This document shows positions 51,293-61,793 of a stretch of 64,000 bases of DNA, piece by piece. Source of the DNA: an uncultured Bacillota bacterium (GTDB taxonomy: Bacteria > Bacillota_I > Bacilli_A > RF39 > UBA660); contig CAMUYN010000003.1 in NCBI GenBank assembly GCA_947165005.1, positions 25,584-89,583 on the forward strand, in the 5' to 3' direction. The position numbers and the translations under genes are program-made. How positions within the stretch are numbered: position 1 is the stretch's first letter; each line of letters starts with the position of its first letter. Under the pieces are notes generated by a model, which made no database searches, was not told the DNA's origin, and saw only the letters and a program-made list of their open reading frames with translations.

Positions 51293-51694
51293 TTACTCTT
51301 CTTCTAATTTTTTTAATACTTCTCTAACTACTTTAGCAGTTTCTGCTTTTACTTTTTTAGCAGTACTTTCAAGTACTGGTGTTCCTTTTTCTTTAGCATA
51401 CTCTACTAATTCAGTAGCTTTTTTCTTTAATGCTTCACCTTTTTCAATAGCAATGGATTTAACTTTTTCTTTATCTAAATCTTTAATACCATCTTTTATT
51501 TCTTTTACTTTCTTTTCAATATTAGCTTTAACTTCATCTTCATCAATATCTTTTAATTTATCACAAAGTTCACTAATTTTTTCTAACAAATCTTTTCTTA
51601 ATTCTTCACCTTTTTTAGGAGCAAACAATAATGCTATTCCGGCACCAATAGCTCCACCTAAAAGTAAACCACCAATACCACTTCTTTTACTCAT
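51293..51694 (-). CDS. YtxH-like (DUF948) membrane-anchored stress protein
   Basis: N-terminal GIGGLLLGGAIGAGIALLFAPKKGEELRKDL, then K/E-rich helices typical of YtxH. Confidence 0.6.
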   Translation of the reverse strand: MSKRSGIGGLLLGGAIGAGIALLFAPKKGEELRKDLLEKISELCDKLKDIDEDEVKANIEKKVKEIKDGIKDLDKEKVKSIAIEKGEALKKKATELVEYAKEKGTPVLESTAKKVKAETAKVVREVLKKLEEE

Positions 51695-51995
51695 CTTTAC
51701 TATCCTCCTTTAATCTTTTTGACTTTTTGTCACTAACTTTAAATACTTTTTCAATTGCTCCAGCAATTACATTAATAATTCTATCACTTAATAATGATAT
51801 TTTATCTGTAGCAAGATCAATAACATCAAATACGCCATCTAATGTTTTAACTTTCTTATCAACATTATCTACTACATCTTGTACTTTATTTAATGCTTTT
51901 ATTGCCTTAATTGATATTATTATTAATAAAATAATAAGAGCAATTAATAGTATATATATTATTATAGGCAATAACTGACTTAAATATTCCATCAT
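51687..51995 (-). CDS. DUF948-like membrane protein (YtxG-like)
   Basis: N-terminal TM helix followed by a coiled-coil region; gene pairing as in Bacillus ytxG-ytxH. Confidence 0.45.
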   Translation of the reverse strand: MMEYLSQLLPIIIYILLIALIILLIIISIKAIKALNKVQDVVDNVDKKVKTLDGVFDVIDLATDKISLLSDRIINVIAGAIEKVFKVSDKKSKRLKEDSKDE

Positions 51996-51997
51996 TA

Positions 51998-52903
51998 TTA
52001 TTCTTCCTCCTCTTCTTCCTCATTATACATATTATCTATTAAATTAAATAGATCTTCTTTTTTATCTTCTTTTTCTTCTGTTTTTTTAGTTTTTTTCTTC
52101 TTAGGTGTTTCTATTTTAACATCAGGGGCTATATCATCTTCCTCTTCTTCCTCAGGAATTTCTTCTTTTTCTTTAGGAACAATTACTTCAGGTTCTTTAA
52201 ATTCTACTTCTTCAGCTTGTTTTGGTTCCTCAACTTCTGCTTCTATTTCATCATAAGTAATAATAACTGAAGGTTCTTCAACTGGTAATTCTTCTTCTTT
52301 TTCTTCTTCTCTATCAAGATTATAGAATATATCATTATTCATAGTCTTCTCTAATTCTTCATCAACATCTTTATATGCTCTATTTCTTACGCTATCATAA
52401 TCTACTATCTTTTTATCAAAAGAAAATTCTTTTGTCTTATCAGCATCTACTACATCATCAACAGTATAATTCTTATCTAATATTCCATATACTGGTGAAA
52501 TAACTGGAGATGGTTTGAAATGTTTCTTTTCCTCTTGTTTTGGTTCTTCTCTTGAAATATTATGATAAATACTTCTTGTATATGTCTGTTCTTTAACAGG
52601 TTCTCTTCTAACAAAAGTATCTTCTTTCTTTTCTTCTTTTTCTTCTTTATCAAATATTTCATCGCCCATATCCATAGGAAAATTAAATGTTCTTTCAGAT
52701 TTAAATAATTCTCTTTCAGAAAGATCATTATTTGCCTCTTGTTTAACATCTACTGCTACTTCTTCATTAATTTCCTCTTTTGTTTCTATTTTTGGTTCTT
52801 TTTTGAAAAAATTAAATTTCTTTTTTTCTTCTCTTTTTTCTTCTTCATAATCTTCTTCTACATCTTCATAGAAAAAGTTCTTAACCTTATTCATAATACT
52901 CAT
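51998..52903 (-). CDS. Glu/Lys-rich low-complexity protein (301 aa)
   Basis: ORF with extreme E/K content and a poly-Glu C-terminus. In the conserved ytxG/ytxH neighbourhood. Confidence 0.45.
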   Translation of the reverse strand: MSIMNKVKNFFYEDVEEDYEEEKREEKKKFNFFKKEPKIETKEEINEEVAVDVKQEANNDLSERELFKSERTFNFPMDMGDEIFDKEEKEEKKEDTFVRREPVKEQTYTRSIYHNISREEPKQEEKKHFKPSPVISPVYGILDKNYTVDDVVDADKTKEFSFDKKIVDYDSVRNRAYKDVDEELEKTMNNDIFYNLDREEEKEEELPVEEPSVIITYDEIEAEVEEPKQAEEVEFKEPEVIVPKEKEEIPEEEEEDDIAPDVKIETPKKKKTKKTEEKEDKKEDLFNLIDNMYNEEEEEEE

Positions 52904-52915
52904 ATAATTTCACCT

Positions 52916-53593
52916 CTAATCATCGTCACGTTCAATTTCTTTCTTTTCAATTAAATCTTTACTAGCTTCTTCTCCATTATATGTATCATAATCCTTTTCA
53001 TATTTTATAAAAGTACTAGTATTATTTTTCTTAACATTAAATATATTATACTTTTGATTTGCACTTAAATTGTATTTTTCATCGCCAAGTATATTTTCAA
53101 TTACTTTATCATTATACTTTATACTTGATAATATATAAGCCATATTATTAAGAGTATTTTTTAAATCTTTTTTATCTATATAACTTTCAATTTTAGAATA
53201 GTTATACATCATTTCAACAAAGTATTTATCATTATCTTCATTTACTTCTACATAACCATATTTATCTTTATATTCTAATTTACTAGATAAAAAAGCTTTT
53301 TTATCAACTTTATAATCTGTCTTAGTCTTATAGTAATAACTAACTACATCTGCATATAAATAATATTTTTCATCATTACAAATTAATACTTCATTAAATT
53401 CATTTGATTCAATTTTAGTTACTCCAATAGGTAATTTATACTGGTAACCTATTGCATTATCACTAGTATATTTATTATCTCTTTTAATAATATTATTTAT
53501 ATTTTTTAAATAGTCTTTAGTATTAATATTTACTATAGTACACCCAGTAAATAAAAAAATTAATAAAAATAGAATTATCTTTTTTAGTCTCAT
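52916..53593 (-). CDS. Lipoprotein (lipobox LFTGC)
   Basis: Signal peptide MRLKKIILFLLIFLFTGC. Confidence 0.6.
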   Translation of the reverse strand: MRLKKIILFLLIFLFTGCTIVNINTKDYLKNINNIIKRDNKYTSDNAIGYQYKLPIGVTKIESNEFNEVLICNDEKYYLYADVVSYYYKTKTDYKVDKKAFLSSKLEYKDKYGYVEVNEDNDKYFVEMMYNYSKIESYIDKKDLKNTLNNMAYILSSIKYNDKVIENILGDEKYNLSANQKYNIFNVKKNNTSTFIKYEKDYDTYNGEEASKDLIEKKEIERDDD

Positions 53594-53662
53594 TTAAGCA
53601 CCTACTTTTATCTCTTATAATTATATCAAAAAAAAATACTTATTAAAAGTACTTTTTTAAAA

Positions 53663-54292
53663 TTAATCTTTATATGCTTCTAATCTATTTATTCTTACTC
53701 CATTTTCACTAAATTTCTTCTCATATTCAGTCATAAAATTTTCTTCTATATTACTATTATGTAAATCTAAAGATATATTTTTTAATTTATATCCATAATT
53801 ACTTAAACTTTCAATAGAAAACTCAAACAAATGAATATTATCAGTCTTCATAAATATAGTTTTATTATTCTTAAATATAGAATCATATAATTTCAAGAAT
53901 CTTTCATGTGTCAATCTTCTTTTAGCATGTCTTTCTTTTGGCCAAGGATCAGAGAAATTAAGATATATTAAATCTATTTCTTTATCAAACACTTCATTTA
54001 TTTCTAAAGCATCCATTCTAATAAATCTAAGATTAGGTATATCATTTTCTACTTTATTAACTGCATACATTAATACTGTATCATATTTTTCAATAGCTAT
54101 ATAATTATTTTCTGGATGATTAATAGCATTTGCTATTATGAAATCCCCTTTTCCACAGCCTATCTCTATATATATTTTATTTTTATTATTAAAAATAGTA
54201 TTCCACTTACCTTTATAATCTTTTGGATTATTAATAACATACTCTGAATTAGTTATTATTCCTTTAGCATTCTTATTATTTCTAAGTCTCAT
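53663..54292 (-). CDS. trmB: tRNA (guanine46-N7)-methyltransferase
   Basis: EIGCGKGDF SAM motif and FSDPWPKERHAKRRL signature. Confidence 0.9.
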   Translation of the reverse strand: MRLRNNKNAKGIITNSEYVINNPKDYKGKWNTIFNNKNKIYIEIGCGKGDFIIANAINHPENNYIAIEKYDTVLMYAVNKVENDIPNLRFIRMDALEINEVFDKEIDLIYLNFSDPWPKERHAKRRLTHERFLKLYDSIFKNNKTIFMKTDNIHLFEFSIESLSNYGYKLKNISLDLHNSNIEENFMTEYEKKFSENGVRINRLEAYKD

Positions 54293-54436
54293 ACAAAATC
54301 ACCTAGAAAATATTATATAATAAAATGAATAATAAAACTATAATTAATTATGGTCCTATTATTTTAATTATATAAAATTAGCCCATACAAATTATGGGTA
54401 TATGCATATATTAAATTAGAAAGTGAGGTAATTAGT

Positions 54437-54691
54437 ATGGATAGACCAGGTTTTGAAAGTTATAGCATGATGAATATGTATCCAAATTATATGATGCCTA
54501 TGCCATCATTTATTCAAGGAGGAAATACATGTCAAAATAGCAATATAAATCAATCTCAAAATTATCAAATTCAAACATTAGAGAATGAAATAAATAATTT
54601 AAAAACTAGAGTTTCTAGATTAGAAAACTCTATGTATCCAGAAGCATTAGATTATAACAAAACTTATCAAAATTCTTTAAACATGATGTAA
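54437..54691 (+). CDS. Small Q/N/M-rich protein with coiled-coil (possible spore coat/late sporulation protein)
   Basis: AAAGTGAGGT RBS. Upstream AC-16nt-CATATATTA resembles a sigma-K promoter. Confidence 0.35.
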   Translation: MDRPGFESYSMMNMYPNYMMPMPSFIQGGNTCQNSNINQSQNYQIQTLENEINNLKTRVSRLENSMYPEALDYNKTYQNSLNMM

Positions 54692-54868
54692 TTCTTTATA
54701 TATTATACAAGCAGAATAACAATATATCTGTTCATCACCATAAATAGAATTACTAATACTATATTTTATATCTATTAGTTTCTTATCACTAATAAATTCA
54801 TTTATGCTATCTTCTAGATCTTGTTCATGTTCAAAATCAAATATTTTTACTTTCATAATTATCACCAA
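54677..54868 (-). CDS. Cse60-like small sporulation protein
   Basis: MKVKIFDFEHEQDLEDSINEFI...IDIKYS resembles the Cse60 family N-terminus (from memory); 63 aa. Confidence 0.45.
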   Translation of the reverse strand: MVIIMKVKIFDFEHEQDLEDSINEFISDKKLIDIKYSISNSIYGDEQIYCYSACIIYKELHHV

Positions 54869-54890
54869 AATAAAAATAACATATAAAATG

Positions 54891-55340
54891 TTATTTTTTT
54901 GTCACATAATGTATTTTATATTCTTTATTATCAATTTTATACTTAACTAATACTTTCATAGTTATATTAAAATCTTCTATATCTCCTTTATATGGAATAT
55001 ATCCTACTAAGATAAGTCCACTTGGTTTCTTATCTTTTTTTAATGATTCTTTTTCATCAAATATGCCCATAGATGGATATATATCATCTGTCTTTTTATT
55101 ATGATAACAGATTATAGTTATGTCATTAATATCTTTTTTTACACTATCAAGTATTACTTGATATCTTACTTCTTTAGAAGTGATTTTATCATATTTAATT
55201 TCTATATTAAACGGATAAGAATCAGAACTTTTTTCTACTGATTTAAGTTCATCAATATAATTTAAATAATCCTTTTTTTCAGAGGATGTACATCCACACA
55301 CAAAAAATATTAGTAATATAATTATTAATACTTTTTTCAT
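54891..55340 (-). CDS. Lipoprotein (lipobox FFVCGC)
   Basis: Signal peptide with lipobox. Confidence 0.55.
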   Translation of the reverse strand: MKKVLIIILLIFFVCGCTSSEKKDYLNYIDELKSVEKSSDSYPFNIEIKYDKITSKEVRYQVILDSVKKDINDITIICYHNKKTDDIYPSMGIFDEKESLKKDKKPSGLILVGYIPYKGDIEDFNITMKVLVKYKIDNKEYKIHYVTKK

Positions 55341-55990
55341 AGAACCTCAGTTAAATAATTACGAGTAATATTGTCTATTATTCTAGGAGCAGTTTCTTCA
55401 TATGCTTCAGTTTGTGCAGAATAATCTCCTTCTTCAGAAATTCTATCACTGATACCCTTTATTATAACTATATCGATATTATTTAATTTACATACTCTTG
55501 CAATTGATGCAGCTTCTGTATCAGATGCTACCATATCTGTTTCTCTAGCCATTAAATAATCTTTTTTAGTTATTAATGACTTATCGCTAGTACCAATTAG
55601 CCCATCAAAATATTTCATAGTAACATTTACTTTATTAAGTTTAATAATACTACTCTCTTTTATTAAAGGTTCTACTTCTCTAATAGATAAATCATATTCT
55701 GATACTCTATCAGGAATAATAATATCTTCATAATCTAGATAATCGCATACTAAAGTACATGTACCTATAAATACTACCTTTTTAAGATTAAATTTATCTA
55801 TCATATATTGAACTGCTGCAGAAGCCATTGCTTTTCTTCCAATACTCCTAAAAAGTAATACTTCTTTATTATATATACTAGTTTTATAATAATCTCCATA
55901 AATATATGAATCAGTTAAAGATTTATCAATATCATATACTTTAAGTAATGCATCCCATTCAATTTTAGATGTAACAATAACTCCTATCAT
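55337..55990 (-). CDS. PNP_UDP_1 family nucleosidase/phosphorylase (MTA/SAH nucleosidase-like, divergent)
   Basis: MIGVIV N-terminus, GRKAMASAAVQ...VVFIGTCT and ETDMVASDTEAASIARVC...KGISD blocks in MtnN order. Confidence 0.5.
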   Translation of the reverse strand: MIGVIVTSKIEWDALLKVYDIDKSLTDSYIYGDYYKTSIYNKEVLLFRSIGRKAMASAAVQYMIDKFNLKKVVFIGTCTLVCDYLDYEDIIIPDRVSEYDLSIREVEPLIKESSIIKLNKVNVTMKYFDGLIGTSDKSLITKKDYLMARETDMVASDTEAASIARVCKLNNIDIVIIKGISDRISEEGDYSAQTEAYEETAPRIIDNITRNYLTEVL

Positions 55991-56559
55991 AAAGTATCCT
56001 CTTCCTTATATCTTGAATTATATAAATCATCATCTTCAAGTACTTCAGTTTGTTCTTCTATCTTAGGAAGTTCATTTATATTAGATAGATTAAAATAATC
56101 TAAGAATACATCTGTAGTCTTATATAAATTAGGTCTTCCTGGACTATTATCATCTTTACCAGACACTTCAATTAATCCTTTTGCTATTAAATTTCTAAGC
56201 ATTTGAGAAGAATTAATTCCTCTTATTTCATCAATCTGAAATCTAGTAACTGGTTCATTATATGCAATTATAGCTAGTGTTTCAAGTGCTGCATCACTTA
56301 AATTATTACTTACTTCTAAAGCAAGTGATTTTAAATATTCATTTTCTTTTTCTTTAGTAACTAATTTATAATTATTTCCTAAAACTTTAAGTTCTATTCC
56401 AGAATCATCACTAGAATATTTTTCGTTTAGTTTAGTAATTATATTATCTAATTCTTCCTCACTAATATTTAATATATCAAGTAATTCTTCTTTAGATAAT
56501 CCTTCACTACCTACTGCAAATAATAATGCTTCTACTGAACTAATCATCTTTTTCACCAT
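55987..56559 (-). CDS. scpB: Segregation and condensation protein B
   Basis: EALLFAVGSEGLS and the winged-helix repeat pattern; overlaps scpA as in the scpAB operon. Confidence 0.85.
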   Translation of the reverse strand: MVKKMISSVEALLFAVGSEGLSKEELLDILNISEEELDNIITKLNEKYSSDDSGIELKVLGNNYKLVTKEKENEYLKSLALEVSNNLSDAALETLAIIAYNEPVTRFQIDEIRGINSSQMLRNLIAKGLIEVSGKDDNSPGRPNLYKTTDVFLDYFNLSNINELPKIEEQTEVLEDDDLYNSRYKEEDTL

Positions 56560-57271
56560 CCCTACTGCTTACATATATTTCATTAAAATTATTTTCTTGT
56601 GTAATAATAATTTCTTTATTCTTAGCCATTTCAAGTACTGTTAAAAATGTAACTACTACATACTCTCTAGTTCTTTCTTTAAATAATTCAAAGAAAGAGA
56701 CTTTTTTCTTAGATTTAAGTATTTTTTTAATATCTCTACTTCTTTCTTCAATAGATATTTCTCTAGTAGTTATTTTAGTTTCTATTGGTTTTTCTAATTC
56801 TTTTCTTTCTAAGAATTTAGAAAGTGCCATAGCTAAATCATCAACAGATACAGATCCATCATTTTCAATATGTTTATCACTTAAGCTATAAAAATTAATT
56901 GGATCTTTAGTATAGAATTCTTTTCTTTCTTCTTCTAAACCTTTAAAAGAAGCTATCATATCTTTATATTTTTGATACTCTACTAATCTATTTACTAAAT
57001 CTTCTCTTGGATCTTCTTCCTCTTCATCATCATAACTAGGTAATAGCATTTTAGATTTAATTTCTAATAACTCACTAGCCATAACTAAATATGAAGATGC
57101 TACTGTTAAATTCATTTCTTCCATTTTATTTATAAAATCTAAGTATTCTTCAGTTATCTTAGAAATAGATATATCATATATATCCATTTTATTAGTCTTA
57201 ATTAAATGAAGTAATAAATCTAATGGACCTTCAAAGTCGTTAATAACAAAGTTCGTTTCCATATGCTTCAC
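56540..57271 (-). CDS. scpA: Segregation and condensation protein A
   Basis: FEGPLDLLLHLI N-terminal signature; 243 aa. Confidence 0.85.
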   Translation of the reverse strand: MKHMETNFVINDFEGPLDLLLHLIKTNKMDIYDISISKITEEYLDFINKMEEMNLTVASSYLVMASELLEIKSKMLLPSYDDEEEEDPREDLVNRLVEYQKYKDMIASFKGLEEERKEFYTKDPINFYSLSDKHIENDGSVSVDDLAMALSKFLERKELEKPIETKITTREISIEERSRDIKKILKSKKKVSFFELFKERTREYVVVTFLTVLEMAKNKEIIITQENNFNEIYVSSRDGEKDD

Positions 57272-57333
57272 CTACCTTAATCATTATATCATTATTTCTT
57301 GATAAATACAAAGGAATAATATATAATTAAAGC

Positions 57334-57633
57334 ATGAAAAGATTTAATATGATTGATGAAAATTTTATATGTGAAAATTGTCATAAAGAAGTAAACGAAT
57401 TAGGATATACCGCAAGAGATCATTGTCCATACTGTCTTTATTCAAAACATGTTGATATTAATCCAGGTGATAGAAATAATCCTTGTAAAGGATTATTAAA
57501 ACCAATTGATATAGAAAAGTTTAAAGATACATATAAGATAATTTATAAATGCGAAAAATGTGGAGAACTACATAAAAATATTATGGCTAATGATGATGAT
57601 TTTGATTTAATAATTGAACTATCAAAAAAATAA
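57334..57633 (+). CDS. RNHCP-domain zinc-ribbon protein
   Basis: CENCHK...TARDHCPYCLYSKH...CEKCGELH. RDHCP matches the RNHCP signature. Confidence 0.55.
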   Translation: MKRFNMIDENFICENCHKEVNELGYTARDHCPYCLYSKHVDINPGDRNNPCKGLLKPIDIEKFKDTYKIIYKCEKCGELHKNIMANDDDFDLIIELSKK

Positions 57634-57645
57634 TGGGATAACCCA

Positions 57646-59190
57646 TTATTTTTTAGTTGTTTTCTTAGTTACTTTTTTAGTTGCTTTTTTAACAGCAGGT
57701 TTCTTTTCTTCTGTTTTAGTTTCAACTTTTTTTGGTTCTTCTTTCTTTACTTCTTTAGATTTTTTACTTTTTGATACTACTATTACAAATGCAAGTAGAA
57801 CTGCTATAGCTACCATGAATATAATAGCGTTTTGATTAAATCCTTTTAAGAATATAGCTATTACTAATAAATAAGCTAATAATAATACTAAGAAGTATTT
57901 ACCAATAAATTTAATCCAGTCAATATATCTTGTTTCTGTCTTATGTAAAGCAATTAATAATAATATACTTGTTGGAGATATTAGTAAGAATAAACTATAA
58001 ATTGCTTGGTAAGTAACAGCAAATAAAGCTTCATATTTAGATGCTGCTGTTCCCATAAGAGATGTTAGAGTAAATTGAGCTGCATATCCAGTATCTGGAT
58101 ACATAATAGATGCAAGCATACTTGTTACAGAACTATTAAATAGACCTACTTCTTTACCATTTATGAAATTTGAAATAGTATAGAATATTCCTGATGTGTA
58201 AACATTTACTAATACTAAATTAGCAAGAGTAATAATTACAGCATAAGGGAATGCCTTCTTTAAACCATCTGCAAAAGCTTCAAAGAAATCATTTATTTTT
58301 AATCTATATATTAATGATAATACTACTGAAGTAAACATTAATAAAGTCCCAAAGTTATAACTTTGCCATGCACCAAATGGAGCAATTGATGTACCAAATA
58401 TTGCATCAAAAATTGATACTTTAGCAACTTTGGCTTCTCTTAAATTATTTAAGAAATCTTCAAATCCTTTAAATCCAAAATATCCATTCCAATTAACAAA
58501 TCCTAGTATTACAAATACTAGTAATAAGATAAATGTAACATATAATGGAATCATTTTTTTCATTGTTGATTTTCTTACTTCTCCATCTAATTTTTTGTTT
58601 TTATTAAATAGTAAGATAAATGCTACTATAGATACTAATCCTATTAATCCTACAGTTATTTTTGCTACAACATTATCTTTAACTGTTAGAGATAAATATT
58701 GATTAATATAATAAGTATAAGTACTTCCACTGAATCCTAAAATTATAGATCCAATAGTTGCTAATATACTACTTGGTTTTCCAAAACCTAATTTACTTAA
58801 AACATCAAGTAAGAAAGGTACAAAAACTAACATTGGTAGTATATCACCACAGAATAATGTAACTAATCCAAGACCAAATACAGTGATAACTATAAATAGT
58901 CCTCTATTAGTATCAAATACTGATGCTGTATTTTCAACTAAAGCATCATATCTACCAGTTTTCTTTAAAACACAGTAGAATATCCCAATTACAAGTATAA
59001 ACATTATTGTAGTTACTACGGCATTAACTGTAGTAATACCGTTAGAAAATAAATTAGCAAATGTAACTGGTAATATTGTTCCTTTTTCAAGTCCAGTATA
59101 ATTTATACTAGAACCAGGAATAAAATAAGATAAAACCATTGATAATAATATAACAATAGTTAAAACTTTAAAAATATTATATTTTTTCAT
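57646..59190 (-). CDS. YfcC/DcuC-like anaerobic C4-dicarboxylate or basic amino acid carrier with a ~40-aa Lys-rich C-terminal tail
   Basis: About 12 TM helices; C-terminal SKSKKSKEVKKEEPKKVETKTEEKKPAVKKATKKVTKKTTKK. Confidence 0.55.
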   Translation of the reverse strand: MKKYNIFKVLTIVILLSMVLSYFIPGSSINYTGLEKGTILPVTFANLFSNGITTVNAVVTTIMFILVIGIFYCVLKKTGRYDALVENTASVFDTNRGLFIVITVFGLGLVTLFCGDILPMLVFVPFLLDVLSKLGFGKPSSILATIGSIILGFSGSTYTYYINQYLSLTVKDNVVAKITVGLIGLVSIVAFILLFNKNKKLDGEVRKSTMKKMIPLYVTFILLLVFVILGFVNWNGYFGFKGFEDFLNNLREAKVAKVSIFDAIFGTSIAPFGAWQSYNFGTLLMFTSVVLSLIYRLKINDFFEAFADGLKKAFPYAVIITLANLVLVNVYTSGIFYTISNFINGKEVGLFNSSVTSMLASIMYPDTGYAAQFTLTSLMGTAASKYEALFAVTYQAIYSLFLLISPTSILLLIALHKTETRYIDWIKFIGKYFLVLLLAYLLVIAIFLKGFNQNAIIFMVAIAVLLAFVIVVSKSKKSKEVKKEEPKKVETKTEEKKPAVKKATKKVTKKTTKK

Positions 59191-59309
59191 ATATCCTCCT
59201 TCAAATATTTTTAAATTTTTTGATTTCTTATGCTCACCTCTAATCTCCTATAAAAATTATATCACAATCATATATAAAATAAAACAAAAAAAATATGCCT
59301 AGGCATATT

Positions 59310-60776
59310 TTATTTGTTTGGTTTCATAGTTGGAAATAAGATTACATCTCTTACTGAAGCTTGATCAAATGCAAGCATCATTAATCTATCCACTCCACAA
59401 CCAAGTCCACTTATTGGTGGCATACCTTGTTCCATAGCAAGAAGATAGTCTTCATCAAGATCCATTGTTTCATCGTCCCCAGCTTCTTTAGCTTTTAATT
59501 GTTCTTCAAATGTTGCTCTTTGAACCTCTGGATCAACAAGTTCTGAATATGCATTACAGATTTCTGCTCCACATACAACAACTTGGAAACAATCAACTAT
59601 ATTCTTGTCATTATCATTTCTTCTAGCAAGTGGTTTTAAACTGGCTGGATAATTATACATAACTACAGGTCCAATTATATTTGCTCTAAGTAATTTCTTA
59701 TATAAGAAATCAGTTAACCCTGAAATAGATTTATAATCATCCATATCCTTTAAAGTAAAGAATCCTTTTTCTACTACTTTAGATTTATATTCATCAACAT
59801 TAGTTTCTGTTAAGAAATCAAAACCTAATATTTCTCTCATTCTTTCTACATAATTAACTCTTTCAAATGGTTTACTAAAATCAAGAGTATTACCTTGATA
59901 AGTTATTATTGGAGATCCTGTTAAGTAAGTTAAAACTTCCCTCATGAAATCTTCAAAGAATACTATATTATCTTCAAAATTCCAATAACTTGCATACCAT
60001 TCTATTTGTGTAAATTCGGGATTATGTTGTGGATCCATTCCTTCATTTCTAAAGCATTTTGCTACTTCATATACTCTATCATAACCACCAGCGATTAATT
60101 CCTTTAAATAACATTCTGGTGCTATTCTTAAATTACAATCTAAATCAAGTGCATTATAATGAGTGAAGAAAGGTTTAGCAGTTGCTCCACTTACACTAGT
60201 TTGTATAATTGGAGTTTCTACTTCCATGAATCCATTTTTATCTAAATAATTTCTTAAGAATAAGTAGAATTTACTTCTTCCAGTAAATACTTTTCTAGAT
60301 TCTTCATTAGTTATTAAATCAACATATCTTTCTCTATATTTAATTTCTGTATCTTGAAGTCCATGGAATTTTTCTGGAAGTGGTCTAAGAGCTTTACCTA
60401 AGAATGTAAATTCTTCTACTCTTAAAGTTTTTTCACCAGTTTGAGTAGTAAAAATTTCTCCCTTAGCACCAATAAAATCTCCTGAATCAATTAATCTTTT
60501 AAAGAAATCATATCTTTCTTCACCTAATATATCTTCTCTAAATTCTAATTGGAAGTTTGCATCTATATCTTTAATTTTTACAAAAGATAATTTACCCATT
60601 TTTCTAGCAAAACCTACTCTACCAGCAAGTTTTACATCTTTAGTTCCATCCTCTATATTTTTTGCTTCTTTTAATGTATGTGTTCTTTCATATTTAGCTG
60701 GATATGGATTACATGTTTTTCTGATTTCATCAAGTTTATTTCTTCTAATTACTTCTTGTTCACTTAATTCTCTCAT
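59310..60776 (-). CDS. lysS: Lysyl-tRNA synthetase (class II)
   Basis: N-terminal OB fold and class II motifs (FRNEG, GLGxGxDR); 488 aa. Confidence 0.95.
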   Translation of the reverse strand: MRELSEQEVIRRNKLDEIRKTCNPYPAKYERTHTLKEAKNIEDGTKDVKLAGRVGFARKMGKLSFVKIKDIDANFQLEFREDILGEERYDFFKRLIDSGDFIGAKGEIFTTQTGEKTLRVEEFTFLGKALRPLPEKFHGLQDTEIKYRERYVDLITNEESRKVFTGRSKFYLFLRNYLDKNGFMEVETPIIQTSVSGATAKPFFTHYNALDLDCNLRIAPECYLKELIAGGYDRVYEVAKCFRNEGMDPQHNPEFTQIEWYASYWNFEDNIVFFEDFMREVLTYLTGSPIITYQGNTLDFSKPFERVNYVERMREILGFDFLTETNVDEYKSKVVEKGFFTLKDMDDYKSISGLTDFLYKKLLRANIIGPVVMYNYPASLKPLARRNDNDKNIVDCFQVVVCGAEICNAYSELVDPEVQRATFEEQLKAKEAGDDETMDLDEDYLLAMEQGMPPISGLGCGVDRLMMLAFDQASVRDVILFPTMKPNK

Positions 60777-60812
60777 AATTTCACCTCAAATTTCTTAAAT
60801 TATATCATATTT

Positions 60813-61784
60813 TTATATTTTTTTCTTGTATTCTTCTAATATTTTTACTAATTCTGCCTTATTTTGGCATTTAAATATTTCTCTTTTAATTTCAGTACTA
60901 CCATTTAATCCCTTTATATACCATGCAGCATGTGTCCTCATTTCTAGTACTGCAGTTTTTTCTGGCTTAATCTCTGATAAATATTCTAAATGTTTAAGAG
61001 CTAAATCTATCTTTTCTACTGGAGTTAAATCTGGTAATAAATTACCTGTTTCTAGATATTCAATTACTTGTTTAAATAAATATGGATTGCCTAGTGCTGC
61101 TCTACCAATCATAACACCATCACAATTAGTTTCATCAATCATTCTCTTAGCATCTTCAGGTGTTTTTATATCACCATTACCTATTACAGGTATATTAACA
61201 TTTTCTTTAACCTCTTTTATTATATTCCAATCTGCTTGGCCTTCATAACCATCTGATCTTGTTCTTGGATGAACAGTAATTGCAGAAGCTCCTGCTTCTT
61301 CAATTATCTTTGCTACTTCTACTGCATTTATACTGTTTTTATCCCATCCACTTCTTATTTTAACTGTTACTGGACACGGAACTGCTTCTACTACGGCTTC
61401 TACTATTTCTTTTATCTTATCTGGATGTTTAAGTAATCCTGCCCCTGCCTCAGATTTAACTGCTACTTTAGGTACTGGACATCCCATATTAATATCTATA
61501 ATATCTGGTTTCATTAGTTCATATACTTTTTTTGCTGCAATAACAAAACTTTCTTTGTCACTACCAAATATTTGTTGTGATATAGGTCTTTCTTCTTCAG
61601 TCATAAATAACATTTTTTTAGTTTTCTCGCTATCAAAAACTAGTGCCTTATCAGATACCATTTCAGCTTCTATTAAGCCTACTCCATATTCTTTAACTAT
61701 TCTTCTAAAAGCACTATTACATACTCCAGCCATCGGAGCTAAAACAACATTATTTTTTAAAACGATATTACCAATCTTTAACAT
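60813..61784 (-). CDS. dusB: tRNA-dihydrouridine synthase
   Basis: VLAPMAGV, DINMGCP and FMN-binding barrel motifs; 323 aa. Confidence 0.9.
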   Translation of the reverse strand: MLKIGNIVLKNNVVLAPMAGVCNSAFRRIVKEYGVGLIEAEMVSDKALVFDSEKTKKMLFMTEEERPISQQIFGSDKESFVIAAKKVYELMKPDIIDINMGCPVPKVAVKSEAGAGLLKHPDKIKEIVEAVVEAVPCPVTVKIRSGWDKNSINAVEVAKIIEEAGASAITVHPRTRSDGYEGQADWNIIKEVKENVNIPVIGNGDIKTPEDAKRMIDETNCDGVMIGRAALGNPYLFKQVIEYLETGNLLPDLTPVEKIDLALKHLEYLSEIKPEKTAVLEMRTHAAWYIKGLNGSTEIKREIFKCQNKAELVKILEEYKKKI

Positions 61785-61793
61785 ATTTCCTCA

